Shown here in pieces: positions 48,159 to 61,800 of a stretch of 64,000 bases of DNA. Every line of letters begins with the position of its first letter. Position 1 is the first letter of the stretch. Under the pieces are notes generated by a model. The model made no database searches and had not been told where the DNA came from. It saw only the letters and a list, made by a program, of their open reading frames with translations. The DNA comes from Macrostomum lignano (Eukaryota): the NCBI GenBank assembly GCA_002269645.1, contig NIVC01001548.1, forward strand, positions 186,001 through 250,000. The letters are read 5' to 3'. Made by a program: the position numbers and the translations under genes.

Positions 48159-49432
48159 TGTTGTTGTTAAACGGGGTGGGAAGCTACGGGGCTACCCGCG
48201 GATCAGCCCTGGGAGGGGCTCTGCCGCAGAGGGCACTACCAAGGGAACAGATACGACTGAACCCGAGATACCCAAACCAATTTAGTTGGAGAAGGGCGAG
48301 GGACCTCAAGTCTATGGTACAAAACACCGCCAAACCAACAGTGGAATCAGGGACGGTGCTAGGACCGAGTCCACCCAGGCCACCCCCCAGCAGACAGGTC
48401 CTCGGGAGTGCGCGAAAAAACAGAAATTGGAATTACTGAAGAGCCGTCCAAGAGCGGGGAAACCCAGAAGTCTTGGAAAAGGGCTAACTATTGGAGAGAG
48501 TCTGGGCAGCTATTTACCAAGAGCGATCCTATACAGTCCTATGCACCGGCCAACTGTAGGTCTCGAGCCTCAAGGCTTTTCACTACCCAGCTCTATTTTG
48601 GAGTGAGTCTGGAAGGCTTGTATCCGAGGGGGAGACTCCAGGCGTCCAGGTCCACCTCTATTGCTACCAACCCAAGGGCATCGCCTATCCAGCTCATCTT
48701 TGGGGGCCAGGCCAAGGGGTCGGGAGAAGAGGCACCCAGGGCAAGAGGACTCCGGACTCAGCCGGTTGTCCCCGGTTCGGGACGAACATCCTTCCCAGGA
48801 CACCAATCCACTGTCAGGATGAGAGCCAGAGACACGCAAGCAGGGACCTTACAGCAGGAGCCAGGAGATGGACCCGAGGACAGGGCAAGATGGACCGGGC
48901 AAGGGCAGAGCTCATAACTCCAAGAATTGGAAGGCTTCTGTTGGCCAGATAAAAGATTAAAAGAATAAAAAGCCACAAAGGCACAAAGCTAGGGATAAAA
49001 CAGCGCTGGGATGCCAGCCCAGAAAAAAAGAATGGCAGTGGGGAGGAGCACCATAGCCCTAAAGCAGGCAGCTTGCCGACCTGCAGCCCGGGTGCTCAGC
49101 CTCAGGGCTGGCATGCTACTGGGTCTACCGTACACCTTTGTGAATTGGTCGTTCTTTCCTGCAGGGCGGGTACGACCAGGGGGCTCAGTCCCGTCCTAGC
49201 CACACTGCAGTCCAGAGAACCTACTCACTCCGGGCACCACCCCCCCTAAACCAAGGCCGAGGGCCAAATAATTGGAATGTACACCTAAGAAAGATAGGGT
49301 TTATTTTTAGATGGGCACAGCCCCTCCGGGGCGGACCCTTAGAAATTGGCATAGCCAATCGGATTGCGCACAACCCTTAGACAAGCTACCAGAGAGGCAA
49401 CCAGGGTAAAAACAGTCAGAGACCGTCTTTAC
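48159..49432 (-). mobile_element. Non-autonomous retroposon, 1274 bp, SL-like 5' head, (AAC)n tail, 124-bp TSD
   Basis: A GC-richer insert between two identical 124-bp AT-rich repeats. The minus strand begins GTAAAGACGGTCTCTGACTG and ends ...ccccgtttaacaacaaca. No recognisable ORF. Confidence 0.8.
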
Positions 49433-49556
49433 AGTCATTTCGCTTTAGTAAAATATACTAGAACGTTACAAAAAGACAGACAGACGGATAGATTAAATAT
49501 TTAGTGAATTTAGTTTAAAAGCGAATTTTCCTAGTGTTTTCCTAGTCTAGACCAGT
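49433..49556. repeat. 124-bp direct repeat, right copy (candidate long TSD)
   Basis: Identical by eye to 48035-48158. Confidence 0.95.
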
Positions 49557-52500
49557 ACTGACTTATTATTTTATCTGTCGTACCATTCTTTGTGGTAAAT
49601 AGTATAACCATAAAACTTGAAGCTAATTACTTTAGTCAGATAACTGGTTCTGCTTTTTCATATTTTATTACTATTTATTATAGTCTTGCTTACAAGATGA
49701 ACATTAAAGCTAGTGATATCAACTGAGCTGCTATTGCATTTCAATGATTTCCGGCTGTTGAAAACCTCTTATTAAAGCCAAGACCAAGTGAATTTTGTTT
49801 AATTTTTGTTGATGAATCACACTTTTAATAAAACTATTGATTTTTGCTCAATGGATATAGTTCTATCAATATTATTTGCAATATATTGTTGCATATTATC
49901 TAAAAAATTAGTTCAAATTCAAGTTTTTCTGAGAAAAGGTAAAATAAAAGAATGAAAATGGTTTTGGTAGTATTCAATTGTATTTTACACTTCATGAATT
50001 ATCAGTCACAAATATTTTTAATTAAATTTAGATAATAAAAATTTTTTCTTATAATGTAGCCTATATCAACTATTAATTTAATGTTTTGGACCTAAATATT
50101 AACAATAGATTAGATATTAAAATGCCCATTTTGTGGTATGTCATTCAATCATAAGTCCTAGTTGCTATGATCTCTTTGAAAAATCATTTAGGTTGTTGCA
50201 TATTATGCTATAAGATTTTGTAGCTTTGAACATGTTATAAATGAATTGCTTATCTCCTTTACATTCAACTAGGTGAATAAAATGCCTAGTGTTCTTGTGA
50301 AAAATGTACTTTTTGTTGAACTAAAATGACTTGAACCCAATAGGGTTTTATCTCTAGAGTTTGTAGAATTTACAAAATTTCTTAAAGTGCAGGCCAGAAA
50401 AACTTTTAATAGCAATTTTGAACTCATTTTTATACCACTACATAGTGACCAATGACTGACTCATTGTACAAGAATTCTTAGTCCACTTACAACACTGCTG
50501 CTCTTCTCTCTTCTCACCTTCGCTCATCTGAATTAGTCTGCAGTGCACATAATGGGCACCCAGTATAGCCCGCATCTCAAAGGAGGATAGGGGAATTAGC
50601 CAGAACCGGCTGAGCAGAAAAAATGGCTCAGAAATGAGCGAAGGGCCTCAGCTTAGTCCGTCTTCCCTGCCTGTTTTGGGCGTGGCGAGTGCAGGGGGGG
50701 GGCTGGCGCAGGGCTGGCCCGCCCGTTTCTCACAGAGTTCCGTCTGTTCTGCTCATCGAAGCATAAAGCATTGACAAGTTTCAGCGCCCCGCTTCCAGCA
50801 GTCTTAGCAAGCGCGCTTTGCAGCTTTGGTTGGTGAAATTTTACCTGTGTGAATGTATTGCTGGCTCTTCCCCTGAAATGATTTACCTTGAGTGCTAGGT
50901 CTGCACTTTTTCTCGATAAAAGATGTTTTGAGAAGTCTTATTGAGATGTGTAAAGGATTCCGTGCAAAAGATATCTAGATTCTGAAGAGAACAATAAATA
51001 AGCTGATTATTCTCAAGCTTTTGAAGCTTGGAGTGTTTAGATGATGAGGCTTGAGAGAGTTTCCAGATGCATGAGAACTCTCCAGCTTTGCAGAGTCTTA
51101 CAGGTGTGGCTTTACTTCTCAAGCTCCAATGTTTTTAGGTCGCAAAATTCCTGTCGCCGAGGGCTCATCAATTGTCACTGAACCTCCAATATCGCAGCAG
51201 CGAGCTCAGAGACCCCGGCTCAGTGAAATATGACCAAAATCCTGTCGATCGAGGCGGCGGCAGATGGCACGCGATCTCGCGAACAAAAAAGTCCACGCTG
51301 GTACTGGATGAAGGGAGATCAATCTGCGGCATTGAGCCGTCAAGCCCGACCGAGATTGTGTATCCCAGCTTCCCATTTTCTCCCCTGGGAAGAGCAGCCC
51401 AGCGGGCGGGGGAGATTTCGACCCCAATATTGTATTGGTTTCTTCCGCTGCTGACCAAGCGAGTCCATTTTCACTCGCTCAAATTCGGATGGAGTGGCAG
51501 CAGCTCTGGCGCGCTCGTTTCTATTACCGAGATCGGCGATAGCCTTCCAGCAGTGAGGGGATGAGGGAGAGGAGAGAGGGAGAGAGCGGAAAAGGTTGAT
51601 GAGATGGGGATCGGGGAGACTGGGCGTGACGGTACAGTGTCTGATGGGGAAAATGGGATATTTTATACTCGTGGCCCAGAGTGACGAGCGAGCTGGGAGC
51701 AGATTGTCTGCTCTGATGCCGTGATCGGGACTCTTCCTCTCTGCTGCCCTGCCTCCCCCCCCCCCCCCCTGATCCCCGCCGAGGCCTGCCGAGCCACTCC
51801 CTGTTGATCCGGCCGCTCCACCTGCGGCTCTCTCATTCGTTTTTCTTTGCGATTCGAGCTCAAGACCACCCAGAGAGATTCACTCGTCAACTGGGATAAC
51901 CGGGGGGATTAAAGAGGAGAGTGCGCAGCAGTTAAGGCTGATCTGGGCCTGTTTCTGCTTTGTTTGGCGTTTCGAGCTTCACAGGACAGGAAATTGCGGA
52001 GGATGCAAAATTGGTTGTATCTGGGATACCGGATTGTTCTGGATGGGAAAATTGCATTGGTTGATTTTTTAAATCAATGTAATTGAGGAATACTCTGGGG
52101 CAACTGAGCTCCAGGATTTGCGTTTTGACGATCTAAACTTTGTATAGAGAAAAAATTGCAATAAATTTGAGGGATGGCGGTTTTCTGATGCGTTCTACTG
52201 TTACTTAAAATATTGATGCTTTTTGGGGGGATCTGAGCTACTGCGGACAGCTGCGAGACGGGCTGAGTAGTTTTTGAGTGCGAAATCTAAGAAGAGAGCG
52301 AAAAGGCTAAAAAGCAAAATCGTGAAAGCTGAGAAACTGGAAAATGAATTTTCCCAGATGTACCTGCTTCTGTTTGTTCGGCTCATATTCCAGTCGAGAG
52401 CCAAACTATTCGAGTTGCCGAGCGGGGATCAGGCCGAGTCCAGTCGAACGGCGCCGGCAATTTTCCAGTCCGCTATCCGGGTCGGCCCCTGCCCGGCAAC

Positions 52501-52984
52501 AGAAGCCGTTTTTTTCCTTTTACTCGGGCAAGCCCCGATTTCAGCCTGGCTTCTTTCCGCAGTTTTATTCTCCCCTTCTTCCCGACCCCCCCCCCCCGAA
52601 TTCGGGATTAAGGGGCATCAATGGGATTCGGTCAGGCGGCGGCGTGCGCGGAGGGAGTCAGGGGGAGCAGGGTGGGCGGACACTTTGAATAATTGCTTGG
52701 CGGCGGCCCCGGCGGGACTGCGCCACCCGGTGTGCGTGCATCGCGTCGAAAAGATTGGAAAAGGCAAAGCTGTTCCGTCTGATATCGTCTTTGAGCTTTC
52801 CTGTCTTTTTTAAAAGTGCCGCCTCAGTGTAAGTGCTTTTCAAGGCATTAGCTGCGTCCCTTAGCTCTGCTCCTCACGTTGTAAGGCACCCCATATCTCT
52901 CTTCACTGCGTGAGCCCCTTTTCATTGATTTTCGCGGCAATTAAGACAAAGGCGCCAGCACAGGACAGGGGCGCCATCACAAGG

Positions 52985-54600
52985 CAGAGGCGCCATAGTT
53001 AAGATAGAGGCACCATAGTTAAGATAGAGGCGCCATAGTTAAAATAGAGGCACCATAGTTAAGATAGAGGCGCCATAGTTAAGATAGAGGCGCCATAGTT
53101 AAGACAGAGGCGCCAAAGTTAAAATAGAGGCGCCATAGTTAAGACAGAGACGCCATAGTTAAGATAGAGGCGCCATAGTTAAGATAGAGGCACCATAGTT
53201 AAGATAGAGGCGCCATAGTTAGGATAGAGGCGCCATAGTTAAGACAGAGGCGCCAAAGTTAAAATAGAGGCGCCATAGTTAAGACAGAGACGCCATAGTT
53301 AAGACAGAGGCGCCGTAGTTAAAATAGAGGCACCATAGTTAAGATAGAGGCGCCATAGTTAAGATAGAGGCGCCATAGTTAAGACAGAGGCGCCAAAGTT
53401 AAAATAGAGGCGCCATAGTTAAGACAGAGACGCCATAGTTAAGACAGAGGCGCCATAGTTAAAATAGAGACGCCAAAGTTAAGATAGAGGCGCCATAGTT
53501 AAAATAGAGGCGCCATAGTTAAGACAGAGGCGCCATAGTTAAGATAGAGGCGCCATAGTTAAGATAGAGGCGCCATAGTTAAAATAGAGGCGCCATAGTT
53601 AAGATAGAGGCGCCATAGTTAAGATAGAGGCGCCATAGTTAAGATAGAGACGCCATAGTTAAGATAGAGACGCCAAAGTTAAGATAGAGACGCCAAAGTT
53701 AAAATAGAGGCGCCATAGTTAAGATAGAGGCGCCATAGTTAAGATAGAGGCGCCATAGTTAAGACAGAGGCGCCAAAGTTAAGATAGAGACGCCAAAGTT
53801 AAAATAGAGGCGCCATAGTTAAGATAGAGGCGCCATAGTTAAGATAGAGGCGCCATAGTTAAGACAGAGACGCCAAAGTTAAGATAGAGACGCCAAAGTT
53901 AAAATAGAGGCGCCATAGTTACGACAGAGGCGCCATAGTTAAGATAGAGGCGCCATAGTTAAGACAGAGACGCCAAAGTTAAGATAGAGACGCCAAAGTT
54001 AAAATAGAGACGCAAAAGTTAAGATAGAGGCGCCATAGTTAAGATAGAGGCGCCATAGTTAAGATAGAGACGCAAAAGTTAAGATAGAGGCGCCAAAGTT
54101 AAAATAGAGGCGCCATAGTTAAGATAAGACAGAGGCGCCATAGTTAAGATAGAGACGCCAAAGTTAAGATAGAGGCGCCATAGTTAAGATAGAGACGCCA
54201 TAGTTAAGACAGAGACGCCAAAGTTAAGATAGAGACGCCAAAGTTAGAATAGAGGCGCCATAGTTAAGATAGAGGCGCCATAGTTAAGACAGAGACGCCA
54301 AAGTTAAGATAGAGACGCCAAAGTTAAAATATAGGCGCCATAGTTAAGATAGAGACGCCATAGTTAAGATAGAGACGCCATAGTTAAGATAGAGGCGCCA
54401 TAGTTAAGATAGAGGCGCCATAGTTAAGATAGAGGCGCCATAGTTAAGACAGAGGCGCCAAAGTTAAGATAGAGGCGCCATAGTTAAGACAGAGGCACCA
54501 TAGTTAAGATAGAGGCGCCATAGTTAAGACAGAGACGCCATAGTTAAGACAGAGACGCCATAGTTAAGACAGAGACGCCATAGTTAAGATAGAGGCGCCG
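52985..54600. repeat. 20-bp minisatellite (gcgccatagttaagatagag), ~80 units
   Basis: Seen directly, ~650 bp upstream of the PLC ATG. Confidence 0.97.
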
Positions 54601-55249
54601 TCACAAAACAAGCGCGCCATGGTTGAAACATTGGCGCCATCATCAAGGAGGCGTCATAGTTAAGCGCCATTACGTACAGGACAGGATTTTGACACGTAAA
54701 CACCCCACTGAAGCAGTAGACAGCAAGGCAGATCTAGTTTACTATGCATTACAGGAATTGTGCAAAAAAATTCATGTTTCAATATTTTGCTTCAAGTTTT
54801 ACACCCCTATTTTGCAATATTTGCGCCATAATAAAAATTGCGTCCGAAATTGCGCCGTCAAGCATTCCATTCTGCATGCCCAATAATTTCTTTCCCTGCT
54901 TATGTTTTTAAAATCGCCACCTGCATGGCAGCATCCAAATACCCGGTACAGCAGCTCCCTGCCAATGCGATCTTTATCAGGGCATCAGGGCGTAGTCCCC
55001 TGGCGCGGAGGCAGGCTGGTCTCTGGAAAGGCCTTCATTGGCCATCTAGGCTGACCAACCGGGCCCTTGGGGAGGCAAAGCAGAGGACAAGGAGGGAGAA
55101 GTTGTAGGAGGACTTCTGTTCCAGCAAAGCAGTTTCCCGCTGCTCCTGGAGCTGATAGAGCTCAATTTGCATCTTTCAGCCCGCGCCCGCCACTCGCCTG
55201 AGCAGCCGCAGCCACCGGAGTAGCAACTCAGCGAGCCGCCGAGTCAGCG

Positions 55250-55784
55250 ATGACGTCGGACATTGCCAAGCGGCAGCGGACGGTGCCCTCCGCCAAGGCC
55301 TACGAGTTCAACTGGCGGCTGCCTGTGGCGGCACACCTCATGACCGGGGCGGTGTTTGACCGCTATGATGAGGTTTGTAGCTCGGATGCTGGGAGCGGTT
55401 TCCTCTATGAGTTCTGGTGACTCCGTGCCAGTGTTAACAACGCCTCCACACACCGTTTCAGTACAATGGCTCACTCGAACTCGGTTGCGAGGTGAAAGTG
55501 GACGAGTTCGGGTTCTTCATCTACTGGAAAAGCGAGAATGGGGTGAGCTGTCTGCCTGTTTGTCTTAGTGTCTGCCTGTTTGTCTTAGTGTCTGCCTGTT
55601 TGTCTTAGTGTCTGCCTGTTTGTCCTAGTGTCTGCCTGTTTGTCTTAGTGTCTGCCTGTTTGTCCTAGTGTCTGCCTGTTTGTCCTAGTGTCTGCCTGTT
55701 TGTCCTAGTGTCTGCCTGTTTGTCTTAGTGTCTGCCTGTCTGTCTTATTGTCTGTCTGTCTGCCTGCCTGCCTGTCTGCCTGCC

Positions 55785-55861
<77 letters not shown>

Positions 55862-58800
55862 TAGTAGCCATCTGTCTAGCCCGGAGTAGCCAGCCAGTAG
55901 CCAGTGTCAGGAGTATCAGGCTTCTCCTAGCAAAGCCAGTCTTAGACAAAGCTGAGTCGCAGGCCGGGCGATGGACTGCAGCAGCAGCCATCGAGTGGTT
56001 AACGAGGAGACGCGCTCGTTCGTTGAGGAAATTTCATGCGGAACAAAGCGCTCCTGCATAAATCAATGCCCAAGTGCTGGAGCGGAAGGCGCAGACCGCC
56101 GGGAGGCCGCGGCCGTGACTCGGCGTGAACAGCCCCCCTCCCTCCAGTATTTCCCTCGGAGCTCTCAGAGACTCGGTTGGAGCCGAGCTGCCAGGGGAGC
56201 TTCTCAGCGGGATCAAATTAGGGAAGAAGCGCTCCCCATCTTCATCTTATGCGAGCTGGCGGGCCATGGCTGCCAGGCATCGATTGCGGGCGGGCGGACA
56301 ATCGATGGCGGCGCGTGTCGCGCTGAAGTGCAACGCAGCTTTTCTCCCATTATACCGCAGTTTTATTAATCCGCCGCGGGATGGATGCTGCAGTTATCAT
56401 TTAGTTTGACTGTGCTCGAATATGTAAGAATTGGATGGATGCCACAGTTATCATTTAGTTTGACTGTGCTCGAATATGTAAGAATTGGATGGATGCCGCA
56501 GTTATCATTTAGTTTGACTGTGCTCGAATATGTAAGAATTGGATGGATGCCACAGTTATCATTTAGTTTGACTGTGCTCGAATATGTAAGAATTGGATGG
56601 ATGCCACAGTTATCATTTAGTTTGACTGTGCTCGAATATGTAAGAATTGGATGGATGCCGCAGTTATCATTTAGTTTGACTGTGCTCGAATATGTAAGAA
56701 TTGGATGGATGCCACAGTTATCATTTAGTTTGACTGTGCTCGAATATGTAAGAATTGGATGGATGCCACAGTTATCATTTAGTTTGACTGTGCTCGAATA
56801 TGTAAGAATTGGATGGATGCCGCAGTTATCATTTAGTTTGACTGTGCACGAATATGTAAAAGTCGAAAAGTTAACGGAATGTAAAGATTATTGAAAGCTC
56901 CCCATCTCGCTAATGCATTGTTCATGTATTTTATATAGCAATCTCGTCGCTAATTGTTGAATGGCAGTGAGTTGTAAAGCTCTGTCCCCACCCGCAGGAG
57001 GGCCAGGTGCTGGAGCTGTCTCAGGTCAGCGACGTCAGGAATGGGACTCGGCCGAAGGTGAGCTTGTTGGCTTTTATCGTCCTTCTTAGTTAGCGTTCTC
57101 GCAAGGGGGGAGTTTCTGAGCACTGCCGCAAATGCAGGCGCACGCACGCACAAGGTATAGAGCGGCTCCGGCTTTCTCAGCGTCAGGCAGTTTAGCTATG
57201 CGCCTTTGAGTCTGGTTCTCATAGGCGTGAATGGCACAGCCAGCCAAATTAATATAGCCGGGCGCCGAATCCCTGAAGTGTTTTGCCACTCACCGAAGAG
57301 TCGCGTTGAGAGCTGCTCTTCATCCGCCCAGCAGCATACGCTGACGAGCCATTTGGCCTCTGTTTGCCCAGCCAGCCGCTGACCTTCCTCCTCTGGCGCT
57401 GGAGTGCGGAGCCACCCCCCCCCCATATTGTCAACAGCCGCCCGCATCACTAGCCGAGCTGCTGAAGGCAATGAGGGCTTGGCAAGAGAAATGGAACTGT
57501 TGTCACAATTCTTATTACTCAGCCTCCGTGCATAGGGCGTGCGATGAGAGCCAATAGGTTAGCCTGTCCTACGGGTGTCATTTTATGCGAAACCTCACAA
57601 AAGCCAGATGTTGGTCTTAAGCAAGCAGACGTTGGTTCGAGTCGCTGTACTTCCTTAGTTTTGTCTGAATTTCCGCTCTGATAGTGAAAGAGACGGAAAA
57701 ACTTGCTGGGAAGAGTTTCATATCTCACTGTCTAGCAGCTCCTTACCTGACCTGCCTCTGCTAAAGCAAGGAAAGTGCTTTCTAAAGCGACCGCAACAAC
57801 CTGTTGATTGATTGCCAACAGCAAGAGGCTGCTGGGGAGGCGAGACAGGGACTCAATTTGCTGCAATGGGTGCCGCCCCCCCCCTCCAGCGACTGTCTCA
57901 ACGCATTACCAGCCGGCCCGGTCGATTCCAGAATCAATTAGCGCCATCAATTAGCGCCTGCTTCTTTTGCTTCCGCTGCCAGCCCCCGCTAATCGTGCCG
58001 CTGAGCCTCGTTAGCGGCCTAATGGCTCGGCCCAGGCAGCGGAAGCGCATAAATCTGGCATTTGATGAGCTTGGCCGCTTTATTTCCTGCAGTTCCGCTC
58101 TATTGACAGGTCGTGCAGCCGCTTGCACCTGGCTTTCCTTGCGGCTTTCTTTCGCTCACATCGTTCCCCAGATTACTCGTAGAAAACGAGCTGAGGCACG
58201 GGCTCAATTTGGAATATCTAAGTGTTACAGATTTTATCTAATGTTCATCTAAAGTTTATCTAAAGTTCAGATGGTCAAATGCTCAATGGGCCTTGCTCAT
58301 ATTGCCAACTGCTGAAGACTTGAAGACTTAAATACTCTTCAAGAATTTCGATTCTCCTTGAAGCTTAAAACTCACAGTTGCACAGCCCCAAGCTGGCAAG
58401 TGGAGGTTTGGTAACCAAGTTACGAATCATACAACAAGCCATTTAGTAAGCATAAGTCTGAGAAGCCGCAGTCACACTATTCAGTCTCCGTTCTCTGTTC
58501 GTCATGGTCTCAAGCCCGATGGGAAACCGTAAATTGGCTGCCGCTGCATCTGAAGAGGCCAAAGTCAATTTTCTGATCTCCGGAGCTCGTAGAGCGAAGC
58601 GACTCACTGGAGTTCGAATCGGTTAGGAGGTGAATCTAAAAATGAGAGAGACTGCTTCAGTCGTTTAAGAGTTTCGATCGCTTGATTTCCAGTCAGTTGA
58701 GAGTTCCGATCGCTTGATTTCCACTAGGATGAGAGTTCCGATCGCTTGATTTCCAGTCAGTTGAGAGTTCCGATCGCTTGATTTCCACTAGGATGAGAGT

Positions 58801-61800
58801 TCTGATCGCTTGATTTCCAGTCAGTTGAGAGTTCCGATCGCTTGATTTCCACTAGGATGAGAGTTCCGATCGCTTGATTTCCAGTCGGTTGAGAGTTTAG
58901 ATCACTTGATTTCGAGTTCCAGCAAGGTTTTCAACGCCCACTACAATAGTCATTGCGCTGTTATTGCATTGGACTGCTAATATTTATGTAAGCTTAGTTG
59001 GAGAACTTTCAATGTAACAGCGGAGCAGCATGCATAGCATGCTAATTACACATTTTTGACCTCCAGCGCTGGAACAGCTTCTATTAGAGAATAATTCAGT
59101 TCGAATCCATGGAATTCGGATGCTCGCCTCTCTTCTCTTCCGCAGTCATTAATTTCCCCATTTTCCCGCTTGCACCCCAACACGCTGATCGGCCGTGCGT
59201 GGTTAGCCGGGAAAATCGAAAAATCCCTAAGGATTTTCGCCTCGTTTTTTACTCTCAGCCCGGCAGCCTGTGGCTCAACTTTGGTAGGGATGCTTTTTTT
59301 TTAATTTAGCAGCCTAAAAGATAACGGCGGAGTGCGTTGGGATGATTTTAGCGATCGATCCCTAACCTGTCCATAGTATTCTACTGCCGACTCTTTGTGA
59401 GTAGTGTTTAGCGGATTCCAGCACTATTTAATGACTGAATTGTTGAATTCACCCATCCGCAGGAAGACAAGCTGGCCAACGCGCTGGTTGAACGCGGCGG
59501 CCCAATCGAGGGCCGGGTGGTGTCCATCTGCTCGGGCGCCGACCTCGTGAACGTGGTGTACACGCATATGATTGCGCAGGACAGCAAAACCGCAAATGTA
59601 AGTTTGTGAGCACCTGTGCTCTTCTTTGGTGAGCTGATTTTGTTGTTTTAGGAATGCTGCAGTATCCCTGTCCCTCAGTTGTGCTTGAGGCTGCAGCATC
59701 CCTGTCCCTCAGTTGTGCTTGAGGCTGCAGTATCCCTGTCCCTCAGTTGTGCTTGAGGCTGCAGCATCCCTGTCCCTCAGTTGTGCTTGAGGCTATAGCA
59801 TCCCTGTCCCTCAGTTGTGCTTGAGGCTGCAGCATCCCTGTCCCTCAGTTGTGCTTGAGGCTGCAGCATCCCTGTCCCTCAGTTGTGCTTGAGGCTGCAG
59901 CATCCCTGTATCTCAATTGATCTGCTCACACAGGCACAACTGCATACAAAAGTTATCGCTTCCTGAACCCGCAGGCTTGGATCCAGGACCTGAGGCCGCT
60001 GACTCACAACACAAAGGCCAGCAATGTGTGTCCAATGACGCAGCTGCGCAAACAGTGAGAGTCGGAGTTCCTTTTTCGTTTTGCCCTTTTCCTTCTCTTG
60101 TCCAGTTGAAGTTTTCTTCAAGCCAGCATTTTACCTGTCCTATTCCATGGTTAAAGTGCATGTCCTTACCAGCAGCTCCCCTTAGTTCTCCCCGAGTATG
60201 TTTGCTAATGTCTGCCGCGGGTCGGAGGTTCCCGGAATTGGGGATCCTCTCTGCCTCACCGCTTGTTTTCCCGTCTCAGAGTTGAGAGGCCGAGCCAGAG
60301 CGATTTGAAGAAGAGCAGCAGTGGAAAGGAAAATGGTTGCATGGGGTTTTGTCACGGCTGGTAAATATGGGCCTGTGTGTTGGTACATAAGTGCAACTCT
60401 GCAGCCTCGTGCAGTCTTGTGTGCACGGTTCCCATCGTTTGTTATATCAGTAATTTTTACTTGTGAATAATACAGCTGCAGCTGTACACCCAATCCAAGC
60501 CCAACCCACCCGATCCAAGCCCAACCCACCCGATCCAAGCCCAACCCACCCGATCCAAGCCCAACCCACCCGATCCAAGCCCAACCCACCCGATCCAAGC
60601 CCAACCCACCCGATCCAAGCCCAACCCACCCGATCCAAGCCCAACCCACCCGATCCAAGCCCAACCCACCCGATCCAAGCCCAACCCACCCGATCCAAGC
60701 CCAACCCACCCGATCCAAGCCCAACCCACCCGATCCAAGCCCAACCCACCCGATCCAAGCCCAACCCACCCGATCCAAGCCCAACCCACCCGATCCAAGC
60801 CCAACCCACCCGATCCAAGCCCAACCCACCCGATCCAAGCCCAACCCACCCGATCCAAGCCCAACCCACCCGATCCAAGCCCAACCCACCCGATCCAAGC
60901 CCAACCCACCCGATCCAAGCCCAACCCACCCGATCCAAGCCCAACCCACCCGATCCAAGCCCAACCCACCCGATCCAAGCCCAACCCACCCGATCCAAGC
61001 CCAACCCACCCGATCCAAGCCCAACCCACCCGATCCAAGCCCAACCCACCCGATCCAAGCCCAACCCACCCGATCCAAGCCCAACCCACCCGATCCAAGC
61101 CCAACCCACCCGATCCAAGCCCAACCCACCCGATCCAAGCCCAACCCACCCGATCCAAGCCCAACCCACCCGATCCAAGCCCAACCCACCCGATCCAAGC
61201 CCAACCCACCCGATCCAAGCCCAACCCACCCGATCCAAGCCCAACCCACCCGATCCAAGCCCAACCCACCCGATCCAAGCCCAACCCACCCGATCCAAGC
61301 CCAACCCACCCGATCCAAGCCCAACCCACCCGATCCAAGCCCAACCCACCCGATCCCAGCCCAACCCACACAATCCAAACCCGACCAACACAATCCAAGC
61401 CTGACCCACCTGCCGCACTTGCAGCTGGATGAAGCTGTGCGTCTCAGTGAACGCCAACAACTGCATCCCGGTGCGCGCAATCAGCAAGACCTTCGCCTCC
61501 GGCAAGACGGAAAAAATCATCTTTCAGACGCTGAAGGATCTCGGTCTGCCGTCTGCCAAGGTGGGGGAGGGAAGAGAGAGAATAAAACAGAGAGGAGAGA
61601 CAATACAAGGGAGGAGAGACAATACAAGAGAGGAGAGACAATACAAGAGAGGAGAGACAATGCAAGAGAGGAGAGACAATGCAAGAGAGGAGAGACAATA
61701 CAAGAGAGGAGAGACAATACAAGAGGGGAGAGACAATACACGAGGGGAGAGACAATGCAAGAGAGGAAAGACAATGCAAGAGAGGAGAGACAATGCAAGA

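Noticed and set aside
48159-49432. Hammerhead or HDV ribozyme within the retroposon
   Set aside because: No CTGANGA/GAAA core found by eye, and an HDV pseudoknot could not be established without a covariance-model search.
48035-49556. TRIM/LTR element with 124-bp LTRs, or solo LTR (TGT...ACA ends)
   Set aside because: The 124-bp repeats lack TG..CA ends, a PBS, a PPT and outer TSDs, and resemble surrounding AT-rich host DNA. A solo LTR would have a 4-6-bp TSD. Kept only as an alternative.
51168-52813. ORFs of 96-179 aa and GC-rich segments upstream of PLC
   Set aside because: No recognisable domains. These may be UTR exons (GTAAGT at ~52829) or repeats, but that cannot be supported from sequence alone.
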